A model generated the notes under the pieces. That model was not told the origin of the DNA, made no database searches, and worked only from the letters and a program-made list of their open reading frames with translations. 64,000 nt of DNA from Takakia lepidozioides (Eukaryota > Plantae > Bryophyta): NCBI GenBank assembly GCA_030704615.1, contig CM060731.1, forward strand, positions 18,910,001 to 18,974,000, read 5' to 3'. A program made the translations under genes and the position numbers. Positions 24,301 through 36,180 of this stretch are shown piece after piece. The stretch's first letter is position 1. Each line of letters begins with the position of its first letter.

Positions 24301-27300
24301 AGTTCATAGTACGTGTAACACACTTGCACGTAGTTCACACACACTTGCATTGCACTTGCACGTGAACTGTACGTGCACTTGCATTTGACAGCAATTTGTT
24401 TAATTTGATACTGTTGGTAAGTGCCAAGGTTCTCCTCATGGTAAATCCTTCAACCTGCAAAATTGGAAGGATTGGAAATTGAGTGTGGAATATCACAGAT
24501 GTTTAGGGGCTTTGCATTGAGTGGCAAGGTCTGAGTGGCTATCTATGGATGGAGATGCAGGGTGATCAATCCAGTAGTTGTGGCACCAACTGTGGCAGCA
24601 GTAGGACTGGCCTTCTTTGCATATGGTTTTCCAGTGGTTGGCACCTGCGTGGAGATTGGCATCCCCCTAATCATAATTGTTGTGTTTTTTTCGCTGGTAA
24701 GTGGTTGTGAGACACATGGCCTGATGAAACTCATATCTTCTGGGTATAAGATGTCGATTATGCTGCTGATTTTAATGAATACCTTTCAGGCGGAAATCTA
24801 AAGATAACCTAGTGCCACTCTTTTAAGACTTATTTTCGGGAAGGCTAAGCTAGAGTGCTGAAGAGGAGGATTTAAGACTACTGAAAGGACCTTACAGTGG
24901 AACTGATGTTTGTTTTAGATCAATGCCAAATGGTGGTGGAGAAGTCGGGCTCAACCAGATCCATCTTATAAACTTCCTAGCTAAATGAACTACTGACGCA
25001 GCCAACCCGCTTGATATTTCTATGGACTAGAAGTAATTAGCTCTTTCTTCTGTTTTTACTTAACAAGACCAATCTATTGACTTCAAGTGTTTAACCTAGA
25101 GATGTCTTGTGGTTTTTTCTTGCAGTATCTACGCAAAGTTGCAATCTTTGGTCACCGGATTTTTCAAGTATATGCGGTGTGTACTGGGGTCCTCTTACCT
25201 CAGAAAATATTAAGATCTGGCCTACTAGCTTATATGTGTAAACTTGAGCTGCACATGGTTGTAGTTGCTTCTGTCCATCTCTCTTTTTCTACCAGCTCCA
25301 TTCAATTCTTTTAATATCATATTGTGCTGAATTATTGTGTTAATTGGTGTGCCTCTTGCGTGTGCTTGGCAGGTTCCTTTGGGTCTGGCAATAGCTTGGG
25401 CTTATGCTTTTCTACTCACGGAGAGCAATGTCTACACCTACAAAGATTGTGATTTCAAACAGCATAAGAATGTGACCGCTGTTCTCACGCCTGCTTGTCA
25501 GAAACACCTGTCCACAATGATGCACTGTCGGACTGATACTTCCAATGCACTCAGCTCCGTACCTTGGTTCTGGTTTCCATACCCATTCCAATGGGGCACT
25601 CCAACGTTTCATTGGCACACAGGAGTGGTCATGATTGTAGCTTCAATCATTGCTTCAGTGGACTCGGTAAGTAGGCTTGGTTGTTCAAACTGCCAGCAGT
25701 ATACAGCATGGCTGTTTAACTAAAGATGATCACATGCATAGCACCTAAGATCTCTTAGGATGGTGAGCAATACATGCGTGAGTGGTGGCATATGTTGCTC
25801 CTAGGCCATGGTTAACAAGAAGCCTTACTGTGGGCAGTGCTTGTCACAAAGAGCCTACATACTGATCCACAAAGTCATACTTTGTGAGGAATGTTGAACT
25901 GATGGTGATGAACATTAGCCTTACTCATCTCATATTTACCAGATGCAATGTTTTAACTTATTGATTTGTGATCTTTTAGGTGGGATCATACCATGCAGCA
26001 TCCCTGTTGGTGGCGTCAAGAGCTCCCCCTCCTGGTGTAGTCAGCAGAAGCATAGGACTGGAAGGCTTGACAAGCATATTAGCAGGGTTCTGGGGCACTG
26101 GAGCAGGGGCCACAACACTCACAGAGAATGTGCACACAATCGCTGTGACCAAGATGGGCAGCCGCCACGCAGTGGAGTTTGGCGCATCAGTGCTAATTGT
26201 TGCGTCCATTATTGGTGGGTACTTCCTTCTCAATGTTTGTCAGGGGATTTGAATAGTGGTATGCTCATTTTTTATGAGAGCTCATTTGTTGACACGAGGG
26301 GCCATTTTTTTGATGAACGTAAGCACTGGGAGTTCCCTTCATTGAAGTTTATGCTAGTCAATTGTTCACATGGGTGCTTAACATGGAGATTAATTTTGTA
26401 TTCTTTGAAATGTGGCACCGCTGGAGATTCTCGCAGTGATGTTGTTTTGAGCTTTTATGCACTGTGGGAAAGAAACAGTAGTAGTCTCTTTGTATGTCAG
26501 AGAGAAACTGAGATTGTAGCATGGAAAACTAAGGCTTGAGTTTTGGTACACATGGTGTGTATTCCAACTTCCATCAGCTTAAGATGTTTTGAACGGAATT
26601 GTTCGTTTCTTACTATATGCTTGTCACAGTGATTGAGGTGGTCGAGCAGCCATGCAATGTTCATGTTGAAGTTGCTTCTGGACCATGCAACTACATCGGT
26701 TGTTCGCTCTATGGTTTGGAGGTGTAGTAGACTCCCAGACAATTCAATCCACTCAGTCTGTCGCTTCTGACCGAAAAACTTTCCGACCTGTGGAATGGGA
26801 AAGCTGTCTTATGCACGTTGGAGCTCTCCATGAATCTCAGCTTGCCATTCTCCACTTTTGTGCTGATGGTGCAATTGATGGTTGCTCATATGTGCAGGAT
26901 TCAAACAGATATAGCACTGGTCTTCATGCAGATTCATCTGAGTACCCTATTTCTTTTTTGTGCAGGGAAAATAGGAGGTTTCATTGCGTCAATTCCACAA
27001 GTGATCGCTGCAGGGCTGCTTGTGGTGATGTGGACAATGCTGGCAGCTCTTGGCCTCTCCAATTTGCGATACAGCGAAACAGGGAGCTCTCGGAATGTCA
27101 TGATTGTTGGCCTGTCTCTCTTTCTCTCCCTGTCAGTACCAGCATATTTCCAGCAGTACAGTGTGGGCAGTAATCCAACAACAGGAGTGCCCAGCTATTT
27201 CCAACAGTACACTGTTGCTGCCCATGGTCCCTTCCATACCAAATTCAAAAATGTACTCGTCTCAATCTTGGACCCCTTGCATGCATAATAGATTGTACTC

Positions 27301-27725
27301 ATAAGACGTTGTTTGCCGTAGCCTTGTGGCCATTGACCCCGCGCCCAGTTTGCATGCATAATAGAGAATGGTTTCTGGCTTCTTTTATAAGAGGTGAAGG
27401 AGTTGAGTAGTGTGTTTGGGGCTTAGAGGAAGAAAGGAGCAGGTGGAGGAAAGGAGAGCGACGAGTCTATGTTTTCTGAAATGGATGGGTGGTTTTTGTG
27501 CAGGTAAATTTTGTGCTCAACACCATACTGTCTCTGCATATGGTGATTGCTTTTGTGGTTGCTTTTTTCCTAGACAATACAGTCCCAGGCAGCCGGCAGG
27601 AGAGGGGTATCTATGTATGGAGCAAAGCCAGAACTGCCAGGAATGACCCAGGTGTTGTGAAGGACTATGGATTACCATTCGGATTGGGTAGATTTTGCAC
27701 GTGGGTAAGGTGGGTTGGCCTGTGA
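21333..27725 (+). CDS. NAT12: Nucleobase-ascorbate transporter (NAT/NCS2 family, NAT11/NAT12 clade), 10 exons
   Basis: Exons 21333-21999, 22770-22867, 23375-23545, 24000-24100, 24561-24696, 25126-25176, 25373-25666, 25980-26214, 26966-27252, 27504-27725. Motifs SWARRTG, HMKYELRETPGL, YGIQHY, signature ENVHTIAVTKMGSR, LDNTVPGSRQERG, plus the long N-terminal extension typical of NAT11/12. Confidence 0.95.
21792..21860 (+). repeat. Coding 12-bp tandem repeat (CCAACAGTATGC) encoding (N/S)S(M/V)P about 5-6 times
   Basis: Directly visible; translation ANSMPNSMPSSMPNSMPNSVPNS. Confidence 0.9.
27293..27349 (-). mobile_element. Short insertion family B, 57-bp truncated copy in the last NAT intron
   Basis: Flanked by the exact 16-bp duplication TTGCATGCATAATAGA (27277-27292, 27350-27365); near-identical to 9353-9409. 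Confidence 0.8.
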
Positions 27726-28484
27726 TTCTGTACAAAGATCGCAATAGAAGTAGAAGTATTGACAGCTGTAGATTTTAATTGTTACTGAATGAAATTCCGA
27801 GCTGAAATTCAGATAAGATGTGGGCTGGGAGTAGGGTAAAGATTAGCACAAAGATATTAGGCCACGACTCCTTTCACATCCCATGTTTTTCTTACCTGCA
27901 TTATGAAGCAAAACAAAAGCAGTTGATGTTCATGTGATGGTGAAAACGCCCATGCAGTGAGTGTAATGTTGTTGAGTGAATGGCTGGGTGGTTCATACTT
28001 CATACAGCCGCAGAGGCCTACTGTAGAATGTCTGGCTCACTCTTCATAGAGAGCTCTATTAGTTGCTATTGCTTGGTTAGCCGTCAGTGCTGTGTTACTG
28101 CCCAAATTTTGCACATGCCAACTGAAGTGCAGTATATAAGAGCCTCTTCCCCTTGCCTACATAGTGTTCCTTATTTCGCAAGAAACTGAAATCAATTCGG
28201 CCATACCTTGACTTCCTTGCATGAAATTAGCCATGTACAAGTGTAACACAAGAAGTATGAGTGTACTTATTGTTATGAAATGATAGAGTTTTGCTGTGGG
28301 TTGTGGCCCTAAATCCTCATGACCACCCCATGGTTGTTCTCTCCGCGGTCCTCTTTGCAATCTTATGTCAAAGTCCTCTGGCCTCCTAAGAATGACAAAG
28401 ATTCTGAACAAAAGTCCATAAGAGAGGTTCACAGGGTTACATTGAATACCTACCCAAAAAGGGGTGGTGAATATCTAAATTTAA

Positions 28485-29714
28485 CCCTCAAGTGTCAAAA
28501 CTCATTTTCACCCTCTCGTGGAAAAACATGACCCTGGCCCACAAAAGAAAAATTATCTATAGAATCTCTGTGTCCCTGTAAAACTGACCGTTGGAATTAC
28601 TTTCCACCTACCCCACCTCCTGCCACAAAAAGTTTCACCAAAATCCAACTGCCAGATCTGAAGATTATGAAGTGTAGAGTGGGGACAAAAAAAAATCTCC
28701 ACTAAGAACTAGGTGCCAAAAAAAAAACAATTTTTTGCTCGTATTTGGGCATTTTTAATTTTTTCTGTTGAGAGTCTCAAGAATGTTGTTCCATACCTGA
28801 TAACACACATTCTCATAAAATTTCAGTTTTTTCTGAAATGTTCTCAAGTGGGCTCCTTTGTAGTGACAAATTGGGGGGTCAAAATATGCCATTTTCTTTG
28901 GGCAGGCCAAAATATCTCTTCCTAAAATTATACAAAAAAATTCAGCCCATCAATCCCTAATCCCTCCGGTTGAAATGTCATGAGCTTCCATATGAAGTCC
29001 CCGAAAAACTTTGAGGCCAATCAGCTAATGCAACGCATCCTTAGGTTCCCTGCCCAAGACTTCAAATGGCACACCTTTGGTATAGCCTGCAGGCCTAGGA
29101 TATTTGGAGCCGTAGCCCATAAGTGCGCGGGGTTTGGGAATTCCTCTGGCTACCGGGCCCTGCTTTCATGGGGGGCCACTCCACCCTCAACCCTCTCAAA
29201 CCCCCGCCCTAGGTTTGGCCCACCCCTCGTGGCGTTTTTCTCGAGCCCCGAGCTCTGCCGCCATCGCGGCTGCACTCCCTCCAGCCCGCCCTGCATGGCG
29301 TTAGCCGGAGCTGCCATCGCCGTGGATTCAGGCTAGGGCCCAGGCCTGGGAATGCCCAGACCTGCGCCGGGCGCCATGCCCCTGCCGGGCAGTCAAGGGG
29401 TTTGGGGGAGCGTGCCGCCCTAACCTTTATGGGTATCTTTCAGTCACCCTAACCTGACCGCAGTTGCCATGTCAGCAACTTGGGCAGGTTAGGGGGGCCA
29501 AATTGGCCTCAAAAAGCTGAGTGTTCCCCCTTCCAATTGGTTCAGACCCATACTTCTTCAGGCATTGACCAATTGGCCAATGCCATATGGAGGGGGACCC
29601 GATTATCTGTCGATTGAGCCAAAAAAAAAAGGCCAATCAGCCTTAACCACAGGAAGTTATGGCTGGTTAAAGAAACCTAACCGATCCAAAACGGGTCGGT
29701 TTGACACTTAAGGG
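28485..29714. mobile_element. Non-autonomous piggyBac-like TIR element, 1230 bp
   Basis: TTAA on both sides (28481-84, 29715-18). 15-bp TIR CCCTCAAGTGTCAAA / TTTGACACTTAAGGG with one mismatch. No transposase ORF recognised inside. Confidence 0.8.
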
Positions 29715-30127
29715 TTAAGAGAGAATTGACTCAAGATTCATGAAAGATTGGATATGTGGGTTCCATGTCTATCCATCCTTTACTGAAGTGTTTATCACAC
29801 AAATTCCATAACTGAAGCGGCCGTAGGCAGCCGGAGTTTCATCTGGCGAGGTTTCTCTTGGTACCCCCCAGATGGTTTTAGGGTGTAAGGTTTAAGGCCA
29901 AGTGATGAGAGCGCATGCTCGAGTGTTAGGATCGAAGATAAAGAGGGAGGGAGGAAGACCTTCAGCCGATTGAGTACCTCTTACCAACGTTCAATCAGTA
30001 TTGTAGAAAGAGACAGAGAGTGTGTTTGTGTTTGGACGCGGTATACGAATCTCTGAACCATTTCTGCAGGCTGTGCACAAACCCACTTGGGTAAGCATCA
30101 ATATTGGCGTGTCACAGAAGGGGAGAA

Positions 30128-33100
30128 ATGGTAACTGGAAGTCCAGGCCTGCCTGCAAACAATGTAATATGTGTACTGGCAGACCCAGAAGGACGAACTT
30201 TAGGATCGCCGCTGGATCTACCACAGGATGCTGGTCCTAGGGAGCTTCATTTGCTCATCAATAGTCTGCTCCAAAATGTAATCTAACTACACTCACCTTT
30301 TGCATTTCTTTTCAACCCACAGATGCTTCCCGCGTTGTGTGATTTTCCAGTTCTGAATGCGATCCATCGACAGGGAGGATGGAAATCCCTCCGGAAAGAC
30401 ACAAAGATTTGTCGCACCTTCTAGGCTGGGCACACAAAAAATTTAAGCCTGCAACCGGATTGTCATAGGCTGCCTGCGAGGAGTAATGCAATATTGAGCT
30501 GAGTGCTATATCCTGGGGGTTGGGATCCACATAGTTGGATTGGAAAATTAACTCTGCACAAGGATTCCTACTCCTTGGGCATTCCTCCACGCCCCCCTCC
30601 CCCACCACCCCCGCCCGTCTCTTTGGAGCTCGATTGTTATCTCCCAGCCTGGGCTTTTTAAGGAAATTCCTTTCTTTCCTTCTCTGCCTGAAATTGCAAG
30701 ATAACTGCTTGCAAGAGGGAAACACCCTAAATCAAGCCTTACAATTCAAAAACCTTGATGGCAATTTGGGCAAGCCAAGAATGCCTTCACTGGCAGTGCA
30801 GCTCACCAGGGGAGAGCAGTGAAAATGAATCCCAGCAAGTGGGGCAGAAGAAGTAGAATCTGCAACACACCAGTACTCTTCCTTCAATGGATGAGATGGG
30901 TGCTGGGGACGATAATTGTGACAATCATAAGCCTCTCTGTTTTGAGCCAACTCGGCTTATCCTCCTATTGAGAGTGTAGTTTTTCTCTTTCTTGGGGCAT
31001 CTCTTGTTCTTTCTCCCTCTCTCTCTAAGACACACACATTCAGTGGTCTTTTGCCACGCTTTCAGAAGTGTTTTGGTTTGAAATGTGTGTGGACTGGTTT
31101 TTCAAGTTATCTTTTTTCCCCTTCTGTTCTAGGCTTTCTGCTAATGGATTAATGGCAGGACGAGAAGCTGCCCTATGCGTTTTACATCAATGACAAAGAG
31201 CTGGTGAGCCAGCTTGGTGTTCATTTGCTAGAAAATAAAGGTGAACACTCTGCTTTTTAAAATTTTGAGGGTGGATTATGTTTTTTGCTAGCTATGATGG
31301 CAGCAAGAGGATATTGAAACTTGCTTGAATTATTCCTGGTGGCTAGACCCTACAACTTTCCCATTACACACTTAGCAGCCTATGTGCCTAACATTTGATG
31401 AGGGACCTGTTGCCATTTTGTAACATCAATCTACCTGAAGGTGGATAGTGGCTATCATTGCAGCGAGGGAATTTGACATAGTTAACAATCATGTTGTTTG
31501 GCAGTGTCGGTGGAGCAGACTCTGCAGATAGTGTATCAACCACAGGCAGTGTTCCGCATCAAACCTGTCACTCGTTGTTCTGCCACCATAGCTGGTGTGT
31601 CTCTCATCGTTACCATGTACCCTGGAATACTGATATTTGCACCCTTCACGCATGGTGCTGTATGATGCTTGACCCTCATGTAAAGCAAATTGTTGAGGTA
31701 ACTCATCTAATATAGACATTTGCTACCGGAAATATTTCAAACTCAAATTAATTTCAAACTTGCAGCCAAATTAACCATCGTTTTGAGAACTTCCATATGA
31801 CCAGGAGTTGAGAGTCCGGCATTTGCCAGTCAAAGGGCATCATCATCATTGAAGTCATGAGCGTTGACTAATACCTGTGTGATATCAACTCAAGGGCTTT
31901 ACCATCTTAAGAGCTTCAAATTGGAAAGAAGGAGGTTATGTGTCATGGCTGAGGCATGGCAATGGATGGGATGTCAGGACATGCTGAGGCAGTGTTGGCA
32001 GTGGCATTCAGTCCAGACAGCCAGCAGCTGGCCAGCGGGTCGGGCGATACCTCTGTGCGCTTCTGGGACATCTACACCCAAACTCCTCTCTTTACATGCA
32101 CTGGTCCGTGTCAGCACTCGCTTGCTTCTGGTTATTTTGGTCCACATTTTTCAATAAGATTCAGATGCATGTAGTTTGTGAGGGTGGCTATATGGTTAAC
32201 TAAAGTGTAACTGTTGTTTTTCTGAAGTGCCTGCTGTTAGGAAGCACATGATACATGTTTTCACCTTTCCAATATGCAAGAACGTCACCGATGCACGAGT
32301 GGTGACACAAGGAGGTTGGGAGGCTGACCAGGTGTATTGGATCAGGACACCGAAACTGGGTTTTGTGCATTGCATGGTCACCTGATGGCAAGCAGCTGGT
32401 GAGCGGAAGCAAAGACGGAGAGCTCCGCCTGTGGGATCCTACTACTGGCCAGGCTTTGGGCAACCCATTGACTGTATTCCCCGTCTATCTTGACTCAACT
32501 TGGAGAGAGTGTATGATTGATTAAAGAACTTTGAAAACTTTATGTTGGTGCCTATATTGCATCCCCTAAAATTGTCTTCAGATTTGAGCAAGAGCTCCTG
32601 GGTTCCTAAATCTTCATGTGTGTTTGCTTACAAATGTCCTGCAGTCATTAGTCTTGGAATTAGTGATTGTTCATAGTGTTATGAAACTGTACAGCACAGA
32701 CAAATGAAAGTGATGTTGTAGTTTTGTATGGGCCAAAGATTGGTGCTAATGAATGATTACTTGTATTTGAGTGTGGCAGGGACATAAAAAGTGGATAACA
32801 GCCGTGGCATGGGAACCAGCCCACCTGCAGGCACCATGTCGGCGGTTTGTGAGTGCTAGTAAAGATGGTGACGTACGCATCTGGGACACAGTGCTACACA
32901 AGTCAGTGCTCTGTCTCAGTGGGCACACATTGGCAGTAACTTGTGTCAAGTGGGGTGGTAATGGACACATCTACTCCAGGTAAGCCTGCTGATTCTCATT
33001 GTCTGGCAGCTGGACCTTGTCTGGAAGTGCAAGACATATTCCTTCATGGCGTTGGATTTTGTGGTTGATGCAGTTCACAGGACTGCACAATTAAGGTGTG

Positions 33101-35712
33101 GGAAACTACTCAAGGCAAGCTCATTCGTGAGCTGAAGGTTTCTTTCTCTCTCTTCTCCCTTGTCGACGTTGTTAAGTTGCTTTCTTCCTTCTTTCTCTCT
33201 CTTTCTCTCTCACAGTGTGATGCTCTTTGATCTCATTTGGTGGGACATTTTGGTGTTCAGGAGTTACATTTTGAATTTCGGTATTCTAGCCAAAGTTGCG
33301 CTCTCTTATCATTTTCTCTGTGCTTGTCTCCCTCCTTTTTGGTTGAACTTGTAAGAGGTTCGTCAAAGTGATTTGGGTAGGGGAGTATGTAGGGGCATGG
33401 ACACTGGGTTAATACATTGGCGCTGAGCACGGAATATGTGTTGCGGACGGGGCCCTTTGATCACACTGGTAAACCTTACACTTCATCAGAGGAGATAAAG
33501 CAGGTGCGGTCATGAACGTCTCCTCACAATTGAAGGATTGCAGTTGAATTTGTGGGGTTAGTGGGGTTGTGTCAGGTTGGGCAATGTATTAGTTGGTGAC
33601 ATCATCTGTGCGGCTGTTACTGGGCAGGGAATCTCAGATCCAACTAGTGACTTTGGTTGGGGTCTGGTATTCCTGTGTTATGAACTCATCCTGGCTCTAG
33701 TTTTGGGTCGGTCGTTGCTGTTTATGCACACCATCTGATGAATCTGGATAGTGAACTGGTGAACAGAGTTGCATGGTTGTGACATTGAAATGGATGTAGG
33801 CAGCTCTGGCCCGATATATGACAGCCAAACGTGACTCGTCAGAGCGGCTTGTATCGGGCTCAGATGACTTCACCATGATTTTGTGGGAGCCGGCAACAAG
33901 CAAACATCCTAAAGCACGCCTCACCGGCCATCAACAGGTGGACATTTATTTGTTGGCATGCTGTAAACCCCCTGCGTTGGCATGCATGGGTAGACATGTG
34001 AACAGAGGTTCACAGTGAAACAGACTCATATTGAGGCCTGTTCAACTAAATAAGACATACTTAGCAGTAATGTGCTTGGCTTTGACATAGATTTTTGGTG
34101 GTGGAGGACTTAGGTTACATGAAGTTAATTGTAGTGAACTTGTTTGTTATGGTAGCTGGTGAATCACGTCTACTTCTCACCCGATGGGCGCTGGATCGCT
34201 AGTGCATCGTTTGACAAGTCAGTGAAACTCTGGGATGGTTATTCTGGCAAATTTCTTGCCACTTTCCGCGGCCATGTGGGGCCTGTCTATCAGATCAGGT
34301 ATGCACTCTCCTTCTTTGTCATCCGTACACCCTTGTTTGCACACATGGGGATAGGTTCACTTGGAGATCTGTATTATTTCCTACTTAGAGGAGAGAAGGT
34401 AGCACTTCAATAGTTAGTATGTATATCTTCTTGTGAGGGTTGTTATGTCATGTATTCAAACAACTTCTCGTTCTTCGGTTCTTTGACTAGTTATTTTACT
34501 GCAGCAGTGGGTGGTAACTTGCACAGGGCAGAAGATGAGACACAAATGCTTACATCTACATATTTGTGTCACAGTTGGTCTGCAGACAGCAGGCTTTTGC
34601 TGAGTGGGAGCAAAGATTCTACAATGAAGGTTTTTGTGCTATCTGTCTTGTTTGTTTCTGAATTATTGAGTCCCACTTGCCAGACTTGTCACCAGCTAGA
34701 GTGCAAGAAGAGCAATGTTGGACTAATCTCAAGCTTTCTACTACAATTTAATGCCAAGTCACACATCAACACTCAAGGCCTGTAACTGGATTGCCATTGG
34801 CTGTCCATAAGTGCTATTTTAATTTTGGGGTAAGCCTCATATTTAACACGAGTAGAAGCCCATAACCAACCCCAGGGGGTTTAATAAAGGGTACATCATA
34901 TCCAACTTTCACAGGACATAGTTGTCTAACCCACAAGGCTATGCGGAGCATGGTCTAGCTTTCAAAATATGTATATTTTTAGGTGTGTCCTAGAGCCCAC
35001 CCACAGAGTTTTAAGGGTAAGTTTGAGAAGATCATTTAGTCTGCTGGTTGTGGCTACAGATATGGGACATACGAACGTTGAAGCTTCGCGATGATCTTCC
35101 AGGCCATGCTGATGAGGTATTCATCTGTGCCAGGTTATCATCCCCTCATGCATCCACAATGAAAGGAGGGGTTGTGTTTCCATATGTGGCTTCACAACCC
35201 TGAATCTCAAGTGAATCGTAGGTTGACAATCTAGGGGTGTGAGGGGGAAACCCCCTACCGGACCTCTCCAGCTACCAGTTTGAGGGCAAGTGGTTGGGAC
35301 CGTGAATTAAGGGCAGTATATGAAACACCCCCCTTCAGAAGGGGAACTTCGAGATGTACATCCTTTGTTGCCGTCTCAAGTGTCTGAAGGAAGAAGTTGA
35401 GCATGTTTGAGAAAAAAAGTCTGTTTTTGGTAACTGGTCTCTTGAACTATCTCAGACTACAGGATAGCCCAAGAGAAGAAAGGCTTGTTAAGTCTACTTA
35501 GCCATGTTGGTATGATACGCGACATTTCTGAATTTCTATGCACTATTGATCACCTAAAATCTATAGGTATTTGTAATTTCCTCCTATCATGCCCAGAGCC
35601 ACTCACAGGAGTCAATCGGACATGACAGGTGTTTGCTGTGGACTGGAGCCCTGATGGCGAGAAGGTGGCTTCTGGAGGCAAGGACCGTGTTCTCAAGTTG
35701 TGGATGAGTTGA
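30128..35712 (+). CDS. NLE1: Notchless protein homolog (NLE domain + WD40 repeats; 60S biogenesis factor Rsa4), 13 exons
   Basis: Exons 30128-30277, 31159-31240, 31505-31594, 31978-32103, 32346-32473, 32780-32979, 33074-33137, 33393-33503, 33800-33937, 34156-34298, 34575-34629, 35060-35116, 35629-35712. Motifs IVYQPQAVFR, GHAEAVL, GHKKWIT..AWEPAHL, GHGHWVNTLALSTEYVLRTG, DLPGHADEVFAVDWSPDGEKVASGGKD. Confidence 0.96.
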
Positions 35713-35724
35713 CATACCCTTGTG

Positions 35725-36180
35725 GGTAATTCACCAGCTGTCCATTGTACATGTGAGCTTACATATGCTGATTGTCTTCTTGATTGTTACTCTTTGGCAA
35801 TGCACTTCCTGGGAGGAGAGGAGTTCCTGGACGGAAAAAACCTAGGACTACCTGGAATGGTTCAGCTGTTGTGAACGATTAGGAGAATACTATTCATATT
35901 TAGTAGGTTTGGACCTGGGTAGGGTGGATCAGCTTGTTATTTTGTACCAAAGATCTTTATAAAAAGATTCTTAGTGGTTGTGCATAGGCATGATTTCTGT
36001 TGAAATTTGTGTGAGATGTGGGCTTAAGATGCTTGACATCCCATGTGTTTCTTACCTCTATGTATGAAGTGATCTGAGTTCAGTTGATTTTGGCGTATGG
36101 TGGGGGATGCTTCCATGTAGGTACCATGTTGGTCTATAGGTGCAGGATTGTAGTTTAGAGTGTCTGCCTGGCTCCTTGTG
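35725..36180 (+). pseudogene. Decayed copy of the NAT last exon and 3' UTR, directly downstream of the NLE1 stop codon
   Basis: Colinear with about 27500-28045: CATATG.TGATTG, GGAATG..CAG.TGTTGTGAA.GA.TA, GTAG.TTT..TGGGTA.GGTGG, TGTAC(C)AAAGATC, TGAAATT, AGATGTGGGCT, ACATCCCATGT.TTTCTTACCT, TATGAAG, CAGTTGAT. The reading frame is broken. Confidence 0.8.

Noticed and set aside
27815-27830. snRNA-type USE promoter (reverse complement CCCACATC; also at 36015 and 9858) and U1-like CTTACCTG
   Set aside because: No properly spaced TATA box or recognisable snRNA body. The 27.8 kb and 36.0 kb matches are explained by the NAT 3'-end duplication.
34850-34960. Further family B copy (CCACAAGGCTA); also a similar patch at about 28260-28315
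   Set aside because: Similarity is limited to short patches with no TSD, so it cannot be supported without alignment statistics.
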